Positions 9,970 through 17,327 are shown, numbered from the stretch's first letter. The stretch is DNA of 17,622 nt from Nanopusillaceae archaeon (GCA_038735675.1 JAVYNJ010000013.1:1-17622), one strand, 5' to 3'. The notes: generated by a model not told the origin, from the letters alone. A program made the numbers and translations.

Positions 9970-10712
9970 TGTTTATATTGGCTGGTATAGGACAAAATAA
10001 AGAAGAAATACCAGTTGGAGTAATAAGTGAAATAAAAAATGCAGATTTTGTTTTTTTGGAATATTATACAAATATAATAGATAAAGAAACCTTAGATTAT
10101 TTATTTAATATCAATAAAAATATTACTTTAGTAAACAGAAAATTTGTGGAAGAAGAATTGGAAAAAATAATTATCTCTAATCCTAAAAAGAAAATAATTT
10201 TGTTAGTTTCTGGAAGCCCATTATTTGCTACGACTCATGCTTACTTTTTAAAATTATGTAAAGAAAAGAATATAGATTTTAAAGTAATAAATGCAGCATC
10301 TATATTTGATGAAATTGGAAAAACAGGATTATTTTTATATAAATTTGGTAAAACAGTATCCATTCCTTTTCATGAAGCAGAGTCATTCTTTGACGATATA
10401 ATTAAAAATTATAAGAACGGTTATCATACTCTAATTTTATTAGATTTAGATCCTGAAACTGGAAAATATTTAAGTTTGCGTGATGCAATTGAAAAAATAG
10501 TTTCAATAAGTAAAAAAAGAAAATTAGAAATTTTTCAAGAGGACTTTAAAATAATTGTTTGTAGTAATCTCGGAAGAAAGAATGAAAAAATATTATATGT
10601 AACTATTAGTGAAGCTTTAAATCTAGATCTAGAACCTCCAATATGCATTATAATACCATCAAATTTAAATAATATAGAAAAGGAAATATTAGAATGTATG
10701 AAAAACTATTAA
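9969..10712 (+). CDS. dph5: Diphthine synthase (EF-2 diphthamide biosynthesis methyltransferase)
   Basis: 247 aa. Tetrapyrrole-methylase-fold Dph5 pattern: MFILAGIG......V.....I..AD.VFLEYYT, SGSPL.ATTH, NA.SI....G.TGL.LYKFGKT.SIPF, GYHTL.LLD and PP.C.IIP. TAATG overlap with polD. Confidence 0.9.
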   Translation: MFILAGIGQNKEEIPVGVISEIKNADFVFLEYYTNIIDKETLDYLFNINKNITLVNRKFVEEELEKIIISNPKKKIILLVSGSPLFATTHAYFLKLCKEKNIDFKVINAASIFDEIGKTGLFLYKFGKTVSIPFHEAESFFDDIIKNYKNGYHTLILLDLDPETGKYLSLRDAIEKIVSISKKRKLEIFQEDFKIIVCSNLGRKNEKILYVTISEALNLDLEPPICIIIPSNLNNIEKEILECMKNY

Positions 10713-11479
10713 CTAAAATACGTAGAAAATATTTATTTATATTTGTTTTAACTTTTTTTTCAATTTTATTTTCTTCTTTAATAGTTAGAAATTCTGGAGA
10801 GGTATCTGGAATTTTAGTTTTAACATTTGCAATGATACCTTTAATAGAAATTATAAATAAATTTTTAGAAAAAGAAATAATACATGTAGAAGCCACAGAA
10901 GATAAAAATATATTTATAAGACATAAAGAATTTATTTTTTGTTATTTTTCTATTTTCTTTTCATCTATTTTAGCTTTTTATATATCTTATATACTTTTTC
11001 CAGATATTTTTATTCAACAGGTAAAAGCTATAGAGCAATTGAGAGAAGAAGTTTTAATTTATGCATATTCTTTTAGAAAAGACGCTTTTTTCTCATTTAT
11101 TTTAATAAATAATTTAAAAGTAGCTTTTATGTTTTTTGTATTTTCAATAATTTTTGGTGCAGGATCTGTTTATTTATTACTTTGGAACTCATCGATTATA
11201 GGTGTATTTTTAGGAATATCAGCAGAAAAATATACTAATGGAATTTTTAGTAAATATGTAATTTACCCGTTAATTTCTTTCATTAAATTACTTCCACATG
11301 GAATATTGGAATTTCTAGGCTTCTTTTTTGCTTCTTTAGCTGGAGGAATTTTAATTTTATCTTTTATAAAAGTCAATAATCTAAAAGAAGCGCAACAATA
11401 TATATCAGATTCTATATTGCTTCTTTTATTTTCTATAGTTTTTATTGTTCTGGGAGCTTTTATTGAAGCTTTTTTATAA
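10694..11479 (+). CDS. SpoIIM/DUF95-family polytopic membrane protein
   Basis: 261 aa with about 6 hydrophobic segments. Family-typical N..KVAF..F...I.FG.G and LLPHGILEFLGFFFASLAGG (the PHGi.E motif). 19-nt overlap with dph5. Confidence 0.6.
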   Translation: MYEKLLTKIRRKYLFIFVLTFFSILFSSLIVRNSGEVSGILVLTFAMIPLIEIINKFLEKEIIHVEATEDKNIFIRHKEFIFCYFSIFFSSILAFYISYILFPDIFIQQVKAIEQLREEVLIYAYSFRKDAFFSFILINNLKVAFMFFVFSIIFGAGSVYLLLWNSSIIGVFLGISAEKYTNGIFSKYVIYPLISFIKLLPHGILEFLGFFFASLAGGILILSFIKVNNLKEAQQYISDSILLLLFSIVFIVLGAFIEAFL

Positions 11480-11499
11480 TTTTTTAAAATATATTAAAA

Positions 11500-11757
11500 A
11501 TGTTTGAGGATTTTTCTCATATTCAAGAGGGAATAATATATGGTGTTGTAAAAGATATAAAAAAAGATAAAATAACAATAGAATGCGGGGGGGAAACAAA
11601 AAGTTATGATTTAGAAATTGTTTTTACAGGAATTTCTATTGGAGATTATATTAGGGCTTATGTAAAAGAAAATAAAGTTTTTTTAATAGAAAAAATAACC
11701 AAGGAATTTTATGAAGAAAGTTTTAAAATATTGAACGAAATTAAGAAACTAAAATAA
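11500..11757 (+). CDS. Small hypothetical protein (85 aa), predicted beta-rich core plus C-terminal helix
   Basis: Clean ATG ORF in otherwise unoccupied space. No confident family assignment; see the finding on weak HypC-like patterning. The 3' end overlaps the convergent archaeosortase gene by 17 nt. Confidence 0.4.
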   Translation: MFEDFSHIQEGIIYGVVKDIKKDKITIECGGETKSYDLEIVFTGISIGDYIRAYVKENKVFLIEKITKEFYEESFKILNEIKKLK

Positions 11758-12307
11758 GTTCGTTTTTTGTTTTTCTATAAAAATTAAACCAAATAACTAA
11801 AATTAAAAATAGATTTAAAACTTCCCATAGAATATCATGTACTAAATGTGGATTTAAGTTAAAAAAATAAAATAAATAAATTGTAGAATAAATTCTAACA
11901 AGATTAACAAGAAAAATTATTGGTAAGAAAATTAGAAAATATATAGCTCTTCTTCTTAAGGATTTTATAGGGGTTGCAAAAATTATTGAAAATAAGCCAA
12001 GTATAGATTTCAAACCAAGACACTGCTGATCTATATAAAAATGAATATCTTTTACTATTATGGTGTTATTGTATAAAATTTTTTCGATTTTAAAGATTTC
12101 AAAATCATATAAAATTTTTGTATACAAATTTAAAATATTTTGTGGTATTTTTATTATTTCTAAGTGAAATAAAAGTAAAGGAATAGAATATAAAGATAAA
12201 TTTAGTAAAAAAATAGTTAAAATAAACAATTTTTTATATTTATAATTTTCTTTAATTTTGTTAATGATGTTTTTATTTAATATTTTATTATAAATTTTTT
12301 CTAACAT
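11741..12307 (-). CDS. Exosortase/archaeosortase-family transpeptidase, short form
   Basis: 188 aa, polytopic. Signature DQQCLGLKS (family C-x-G-[LI]-[KR]-S with catalytic Cys, C96), VNLVRIY (N..R, R138, 42 residues after the Cys, similar to the ArtA Cys-Arg spacing) and HLVHD (conserved His region). Confidence 0.7.
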   Translation of the reverse strand: MLEKIYNKILNKNIINKIKENYKYKKLFILTIFLLNLSLYSIPLLLFHLEIIKIPQNILNLYTKILYDFEIFKIEKILYNNTIIVKDIHFYIDQQCLGLKSILGLFSIIFATPIKSLRRRAIYFLIFLPIIFLVNLVRIYSTIYLFYFFNLNPHLVHDILWEVLNLFLILVIWFNFYRKTKNELILVS

Positions 12308-12758
12308 GTTTTATCTTAATTGCAACACCTCTTTTAAATCTTTTAATTTCTTCTGAGGAAAGTTTTGAAATTCCTATAGCTAATAAATTATCTTTTCTAT
12401 CTACTACAAAAACAACATCCTCAGGTAAAATATTGTTATCTAAATCTATTACAAATTTACAAAAAACAGATTTTCCATCTAATACGAAGGGAATTGCTTC
12501 TTCAGATACAATAACTCTATATTTTGGGAATGGTAAAAAAGTTTTTATTATCTCTCCTCCGAAAAAAGTTGGAATTATAAATCCTGTGGAAGGTTCAACT
12601 GTCCCAAACAAGTTGTTGTTTATATAAATTCTTCTTATTCTACCAGTAGATTTACTAATTTCTAATTTTATATTTTCTTTATACTTTTCAATTATTTTAT
12701 CTCCAACTTTATCACCAAATTGATAATTTAGTATAGCTTTAATTGTCGATAAAGTCAT
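12288..12758 (-). CDS. PUA-domain RNA-binding protein (pre-PUA plus PUA, universal archaeal type)
   Basis: 156 aa. N-terminal LNYQFG motif typical of the archaeal pre-PUA domain. C-terminal PUA pattern DGKSVF.KFV......I.P.D.V.VV.....LLA.G...LS.EE......G.AIK. Confidence 0.72.
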   Translation of the reverse strand: MTLSTIKAILNYQFGDKVGDKIIEKYKENIKLEISKSTGRIRRIYINNNLFGTVEPSTGFIIPTFFGGEIIKTFLPFPKYRVIVSEEAIPFVLDGKSVFCKFVIDLDNNILPEDVVFVVDRKDNLLAIGISKLSSEEIKRFKRGVAIKIKHVRKNL

Positions 12759-13317
12759 ACCAATAAAGTAAAAACTTATCTAAAACTTTTACTATTGTAT
12801 TATTATTGCCATAAAGAAATACTTGATTTTTATAAATTTCTATCCCAACATTATCATTATCTCCTATATCCTCTATGAATATTAGTAGAAAATTATTTGT
12901 ATCTATAAGAAAAGATTGATTATCATAAAATATCCAAAGGTATCTGTCTATGGAAGAATTTGTGTACATTTTGGAGCCTGGTTGATAATATTTACATACA
13001 GCATAAGCTATTATTTTTTGTTTATTTAAATAAAGTAAAAGATTAAGTAAAGTTACGGTAAAATTTCCTTTAGCTTCAGGATCTATGAAAATAAGAGATA
13101 AATTGTATTTTTTTATTTCTTCTTTAGCAGTATAACTTATTATCGGAATATCTTTTAGTTCTTCTATAGAATATTTAGTATATACACATATTTCTTCATT
13201 ACAATATTTTTTTAATCCTAAATTTTCTCTATTCCAACTATCTTTAAATCTAAAGTAAACTAATAAAAAACATAAAATAGTTACAAAAAGCATCAACAAT
13301 ATCCATGTTTTTTTCAT
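12739..13317 (-). CDS. Hypothetical N-terminally membrane-anchored or secreted protein
   Basis: 192 aa. MKKTWILLMLFVTILCFLLVYF is a signal-anchor-like helix and no family is recognised. It is the first gene of a three-gene string whose members overlap by 20 nt each. Confidence 0.5.
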   Translation of the reverse strand: MKKTWILLMLFVTILCFLLVYFRFKDSWNRENLGLKKYCNEEICVYTKYSIEELKDIPIISYTAKEEIKKYNLSLIFIDPEAKGNFTVTLLNLLLYLNKQKIIAYAVCKYYQPGSKMYTNSSIDRYLWIFYDNQSFLIDTNNFLLIFIEDIGDNDNVGIEIYKNQVFLYGNNNTIVKVLDKFLLYWYDFIDN

Positions 13318-13340
13318 AGATCTTTATTTTTGAAAAACAA

Positions 13341-13348
13341 TTATATAA
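13341..13348. promoter_or_regulatory. Candidate shared palindromic TATA box (TTATATAA) for the divergent genes starting at 13317 (-) and 13373 (+)
   Basis: It sits in the middle of the 55-nt spacer, 23 nt from the minus-strand ATG and 24 nt from the plus-strand ATG. Both distances fit leaderless transcription from one symmetric element. Confidence 0.4.
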
Positions 13349-13372
13349 ATTTTGATAAAAAATAATTTCTTT

Positions 13373-14101
13373 ATGAATGTTATTGAAAAGAAAATCATAG
13401 ATATTTTAAAACAGAACCCCTATGGTCTTACAATTTCTGAGCTTTCTAGAATGTCAAAAATTAATAGAATTACATTGTCTAAGCATCTTGAAATTATGAA
13501 AGAAAAGGGATACTTAGGATGTCGTACTGTTGGAAAAGCAAAAATATGGTATTTAAGTGAAGATGTTAATCTTTTAGAAGTAATATATACAGAATCTCAG
13601 TTAAACAAAATGCTAAAGTTTAATGATGAAAAAAATTATGTTTTAGGAGATACAAAATTTATAATTTTACCAGTAGAACTAATACAAATTCTTTATTTGG
13701 AATTAAAAAATTGGCAGACTATTAGAAGTATCGGAAAAAGATTTGGTATTTTGGTTGGTACTGTATATAAATCTTACTCTGGTACAGAAAGAATAATAAG
13801 AGAAGAAATATTGGAAAAAGTAATAAAATTTTATGAAAAAATGGGATTTGGAAAAATAGAGGATATTAAAATAGATATAAAAGAGGTAAAATTAACTATA
13901 AAAATAAAAAATTTAATAGAAACTGAAATTTTAAGAGAAATAGAAGATGTAATTGAAAATAAAAATGATATAAAAAATTACTTCACAGAAGGATATTTTG
14001 AAGGGTTAATTTCTGTTTTATTATCTATACCAGTTAAATGTAGTGAACAAACAAATCCATTTCAATCTCAAGAAACAATTTTAGAAATTTTTAGAATATG
14101 A
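13373..14101 (+). CDS. Transcriptional regulator, N-terminal winged helix-turn-helix plus C-terminal V4R (4-vinyl reductase-like, COG1719-type) ligand-binding domain
   Basis: 242 aa from the ATG at 13373; the track start at 13352 is TTG. wHTH: IIDILKQNPYGLTISELSRMSKINRITLSKHLEIMKEKGYL......GKAKIWYL. V4R-like tail: IGKRFG...G.......YEKMGFGKIE......YFTEGYFEGLISVLLSIPVKCSE. Confidence 0.6.
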   Translation: MNVIEKKIIDILKQNPYGLTISELSRMSKINRITLSKHLEIMKEKGYLGCRTVGKAKIWYLSEDVNLLEVIYTESQLNKMLKFNDEKNYVLGDTKFIILPVELIQILYLELKNWQTIRSIGKRFGILVGTVYKSYSGTERIIREEILEKVIKFYEKMGFGKIEDIKIDIKEVKLTIKIKNLIETEILREIEDVIENKNDIKNYFTEGYFEGLISVLLSIPVKCSEQTNPFQSQETILEIFRI

Positions 14102-14589
14102 GAATATGTATTTCTGGAGTAGCAGGTGTTGGAAAAACAACGATAGCGAAGAGACTTGCTGAAAAGATAAATGCAGAATATATAAATTTATTAGATTTTG
14201 CAAAAGAAAAAAACTTAATTGATAGTTATGATGAAGTTTTTCAAACATATATTATTGATGAAGAAAAATTAATTAGAGAAATAATTAATTATTTTAAAGA
14301 GGAAAAAGATTATGTTATAGACGGAAATTTTTCTCATCTAATACCCGCAGATTTATATGTAGTAATAAAAACAGATCCAAACATTTTATATTCTAGACTT
14401 CTTCAAAGAGGATATCCATATAATAAAATATTTGAAAATATTTGGGCAATGAATTTAGAAGTAATTGAAGAGGAGCTAGAAAATATGGGAAAAGAATATT
14501 ACGTTTTTTTTAATAATACTGAAGAAGATATAGAAAAAATAGTAAATTCTATTATAGAAATAATAAACAAAATAAAAATAATACGCTAA
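14098..14589 (+). CDS. fap7: Fap7/AK6-type adenylate kinase-like NTPase (small-subunit rRNA maturation factor)
   Basis: 163 aa. MRICISGVAGVGKTTIAKRLAEK P-loop, VIDGNFSH, LY.RL..RGYP..KI.EN..AE, collinear with archaeal Fap7. ATGA overlap with the regulator gene, and no TATA-like element at -27. Confidence 0.8.
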   Translation: MRICISGVAGVGKTTIAKRLAEKINAEYINLLDFAKEKNLIDSYDEVFQTYIIDEEKLIREIINYFKEEKDYVIDGNFSHLIPADLYVVIKTDPNILYSRLLQRGYPYNKIFENIWAMNLEVIEEELENMGKEYYVFFNNTEEDIEKIVNSIIEIINKIKIIR

Positions 14590-14596
14590 CATTTGA

Positions 14597-14604
14597 TTTT
14601 TAAA
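14597..14604 (+). promoter_or_regulatory. Candidate TATA box (TTTTAAAA) for the thermosome gene
   Basis: Centre is 27.5 nt upstream of the ATG at 14628. The same spacing recurs before rps9 (TTTTTAAA 1372-1379), the coiled-coil gene (TTTTTAAA 16298-16305) and the pilin gene (TTTTAAAT 16796-16803). Confidence 0.4.
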
Positions 14605-14627
14605 AATTTTATTTATATATATTATCT

Positions 14628-16274
14628 ATGGCTGAGGAAGGAAGAACAATTTATCCAATTGTATTGTTACCAGAAAAATATGCGAGAGCTGTTGGTAGAG
14701 AGGCTGTTAGATCAAATATTACAGCAGCAATAATTGTTGGAGAAATTCTAAAAACATCCTTAGGACCTAGAGGAATGGACAAGATGTTAGTAGATGAACT
14801 AGGAGATATCACCGTAACAAATGATGGTGCCACTATTCTTGATGAAATGCATGTCGAACACCCAGCAGCAAAGCTAATTATAGAAGTAGCAAAAACATTA
14901 GATAAAGAGGTTGGAGATGGAACAAAAAGATCTGTAGTCTTAACTGGAGAATTGTTAAAGAAGGCAGGAGAATTATTAGATAGAAATATACATGCTACAG
15001 TCATAATTGAAGGATATAGAAGAGCGGCGAATTTAGCAGAAAAGATAATTGATGAATTATCTAAAAAAGTTACATTAGATGACGAAGATATATTATTAAA
15101 AGTTGCAAAAGCTGCTTTAGCATCAAAAATTGCTGGAATATATGGAGAAAAACTAGCAAGAATAGTAGTAGATGCTGTAAAAAAGGTAACCTATTCTGAA
15201 GCAAATAAAATAATTGTAGATTTAGATTCTATAAAAATAGAAAAGAAGATTGGTGGTGGAATGGAAGAAACAGAATTAATAGATGGAATAGTAATTGATA
15301 AGGAAAGAATACATGCTGGAATGCCAAAAGTAGTAAGAAATGCAAAAATAGCCTTAATTGGAGAAGCTATAGAAATAAAGAAAACAGAAACGGACGCAAG
15401 AATAAATATAACTTCTCCAGATCAATTAGAAGCTTTCTTAAAAAAGGAGCAAGAAATATTGAAGAGAATGGTTGATAAAATAAAAGAAGTTGGGGCAAAT
15501 GTAGTATTTGTACAAAAAGGAGTAGATGATATAGCAGCATACTATTTGGCAAAATATGGAATTTTGGCAGTAAGAAGAGTTAAGAAATCGGATATGGACA
15601 AACTTTCTAGGGCTACTGGTGCAAAAATAGTATCATCAATAGATGAATTAACTCCAAACGATTTAGGATATGCGGAATTAGTTGAAGAAAGAAAAGTAGC
15701 TGATGAGAATATGATATTTGTTACTGGATGTAAGAATCCTAAAGCAGTTACTATATTAATAAGGGCAGGATCAGAACATGTTGCTGAAGAGGCGGAAAGA
15801 TCAATAAACGATGCTATAAAAGATGTAGCAAATGTTATAAAGAAAGGAAAAGTTATCGCTGGTGGAGGATCTATAGAAGTTGAATTAGCAGAAAGAATAA
15901 GAAGAGAAGCAAAGAAACATCCATCAAAAATACAAATGGCAATGTTGGCTTTTGCAGATGCTTTAGAATCAATTCCTTCAGCTTTAGCAGAAAATGCAGG
16001 TATGGATACGATTGAGGCTATGTCTGAATTAAGAGCAGCACATGAAAATGGAAAAATATGGTATGGTATTGATGCTATAGAAGGAAAAGTATCAGATATG
16101 TGGGAATTAGGAGTTATAGAACCTGCAGATATAACAATACAAGCAATAAAGTCAGCTACAGAAGCAGCAATAATGATACTTAAGATAGATGATGTTATTG
16201 CAGCAATAAAGAAAGAAGGTGGGGAAAAAGAGAGCAAAGGTACTGAAGAAGAAGAAACACCTGAGCTAGACTAG
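14628..16274 (+). CDS. ths: Thermosome subunit (group II chaperonin)
   Basis: 548 aa. LGPRGMDKMLVD, VTNDGATILDEM.VEHPAAK, AGGGSIEVELA, AENAGMD, GVIEP and a charged C-terminal tail. The nucleotide-loop motif reads GDGTKR rather than GDGTTT. Confidence 0.97.
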   Translation: MAEEGRTIYPIVLLPEKYARAVGREAVRSNITAAIIVGEILKTSLGPRGMDKMLVDELGDITVTNDGATILDEMHVEHPAAKLIIEVAKTLDKEVGDGTKRSVVLTGELLKKAGELLDRNIHATVIIEGYRRAANLAEKIIDELSKKVTLDDEDILLKVAKAALASKIAGIYGEKLARIVVDAVKKVTYSEANKIIVDLDSIKIEKKIGGGMEETELIDGIVIDKERIHAGMPKVVRNAKIALIGEAIEIKKTETDARINITSPDQLEAFLKKEQEILKRMVDKIKEVGANVVFVQKGVDDIAAYYLAKYGILAVRRVKKSDMDKLSRATGAKIVSSIDELTPNDLGYAELVEERKVADENMIFVTGCKNPKAVTILIRAGSEHVAEEAERSINDAIKDVANVIKKGKVIAGGGSIEVELAERIRREAKKHPSKIQMAMLAFADALESIPSALAENAGMDTIEAMSELRAAHENGKIWYGIDAIEGKVSDMWELGVIEPADITIQAIKSATEAAIMILKIDDVIAAIKKEGGEKESKGTEEEETPELD

Positions 16275-16275
16275 A

Positions 16276-16286
16276 TTTTATTTTTT
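16276..16286 (+). terminator. Oligo-T tract (T4AT6) immediately after the thermosome stop
   Basis: ttttatttttt starts 2 nt after the TAG at 16272-16274. Archaeal RNAP terminates at oligo-dT runs. Confidence 0.4.
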
Positions 16287-16328
16287 GATATAAATTATTT
16301 TTAAATATCAGAGTTATAATACAATTTT

Positions 16329-16793
16329 ATGAGTCAAAGTACAGATGTTTCCAAAATATTGGAAAAAATAATTTCTGAGGTTTCTGATGTTAGAAAATCT
16401 GTTGAAGAATTTAAGAAAGAATTTAAAAGTAAACCAAGTAAATTAGATAAGGATATGTATAAAGAAATTATTGGAAGTTTAATAAAAAGTAATTTAGAAT
16501 TACATGCAAAAATATCTGAATTAATAGTTATTTTAAATAGCCTAAGTAAAGATATAAAAAACCTATTAGATTTATTTAAAGAAGCAGCATTAACTTACAT
16601 GGAAACAGAACCTAAAAGAAAAGACAAAGATTTATATAATAAAATAGAAGAATTAGAAAATTATAATAAAAAATTATCAGAAATTTTAGAAAAATTAATT
16701 AAAGAGATAGACGAAATAAAAAAGGAAAAAAAGGAAGAAAAAATGCAAAAGCCAAGTCTACCACCACCACCAATTCCCCCACCAAGAAGATGA
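16329..16793 (+). CDS. Hypothetical coiled-coil protein with a C-terminal polyproline tail
   Basis: 154 aa. Heptad-like K/E/L/I-rich sequence throughout, ending ...KPSLPPPPIPPPRR (16758-16790), encoded by a run of CCN codons. A TATA-like TTTTTAAA lies at 16298-16305. Confidence 0.5.
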   Translation: MSQSTDVSKILEKIISEVSDVRKSVEEFKKEFKSKPSKLDKDMYKEIIGSLIKSNLELHAKISELIVILNSLSKDIKNLLDLFKEAALTYMETEPKRKDKDLYNKIEELENYNKKLSEILEKLIKEIDEIKKEKKEEKMQKPSLPPPPIPPPRR

Positions 16794-16826
16794 ACTTTTA
16801 AATATAATAAAATATAAGATATATAA

Positions 16827-17297
16827 ATGGAAAGAAGAGGTATATCCCCAATAATCGCAACTATATTACTAATTATTATGACTGTAGGTATTGCGGCATT
16901 AATGTATACATGGATGAGTGGAATGTTTACTCAGTTAACTACGCAGGCAGAACAACAGGCGGGAAGACTTGGAGGGGTAGATTTTACCTTACAAAATATT
17001 GTATATGATGATACAACTAAATTATTCCTAATAACTGTAGTAAATACTGGAAGTGTTAGTTTAGATTTTAGTATATCTAACTTTTCCGTAAGAGTATCGC
17101 GTCAACATAAACTAACGGGTGACGCAAATTATTTCACCTGTACAATTCCAAATCATCCAAGTGGAAGTTTAAGACCAGGTGGAAGAGTAGAGTTAAATGT
17201 AAATTGTCCTAATTTAGTACCACCAGATACAACCCTATATTTATATACTTTTTCAATAAGCTATTTGGGAATATCTAGATCCATAACCTACGCATAA
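16827..17297 (+). CDS. Archaeal type IV pilin-like protein (class III signal peptide, DUF361/Pilin_N type)
   Basis: 156 aa. MERRG|ISPIIATILLIIMTVGIAAL is the canonical prepilin-peptidase (PibD/FlaK-type) site: basic residues, Gly, then SP(V/I)IATxLLI. It is followed by a beta-rich domain with V.NTGSVSL. Confidence 0.8.
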   Translation: MERRGISPIIATILLIIMTVGIAALMYTWMSGMFTQLTTQAEQQAGRLGGVDFTLQNIVYDDTTKLFLITVVNTGSVSLDFSISNFSVRVSRQHKLTGDANYFTCTIPNHPSGSLRPGGRVELNVNCPNLVPPDTTLYLYTFSISYLGISRSITYA

Positions 17298-17307
17298 CTT
17301 TAACTTA

Positions 17308-17316
17308 TTTTTTTTT
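17308..17316 (+). terminator. T9 tract after the pilin gene
   Basis: A run of nine T begins 11 nt after the TAA at 17295-17297. Confidence 0.35.
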
Positions 17317-17327
17317 AATAAAATGGT

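Noticed and set aside
11500-11757. Possible ubiquitin-like (SAMP/TtuB) partner for the E1-like enzyme or TtuA
   Set aside because: The protein ends ...KKLK, not Gly-Gly. The only GG is internal (ECGG at residues 28-31), too close to the N-terminus to leave a beta-grasp domain. No other small GG-terminated ORF fits in the tiny intergenic spaces.
13622-13690. C/D-box sRNA candidates (ATGATGA or GTGATGA words at about 13623, 4350, 14228 and 9350, and on the minus strand at about 50 and 2480)
   Set aside because: None is followed at 40-70 nt by a CTGA D box with terminal complementarity. All lie inside well-supported coding sequence, where the words simply encode Asp/Glu-rich peptides.
15542-16237. 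231-aa minus-strand ORF from the track, the longest unexplained ORF
   Set aside because: It lies entirely antisense to the thermosome gene, whose homology is unambiguous. Its S/I/A/F-rich low-complexity translation is what the antisense of an A/E/K/I/D-rich gene produces, and no motif is recognisable. The same reasoning applies to 14651-15004 and 15367-15552.
16758-16793. The proline-rich plus Arg-Arg C-terminus as an archaeosortase sorting signal
   Set aside because: Known exosortase and archaeosortase signals need a hydrophobic transmembrane helix between the motif and the basic tail. Here the prolines are followed directly by RR-stop.
16827-17297. Locally higher GC in the pilin gene as a sign of horizontal transfer
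   Set aside because: My hand count of one stretch was about 40% G+C, and I judged the flanking DNA much lower only by eye. The enrichment tracks the Gly/Ala/Thr/Arg/Pro-rich amino-acid composition, and the thermosome gene looks similarly elevated. No flanking repeats, integrase or tRNA target are present.
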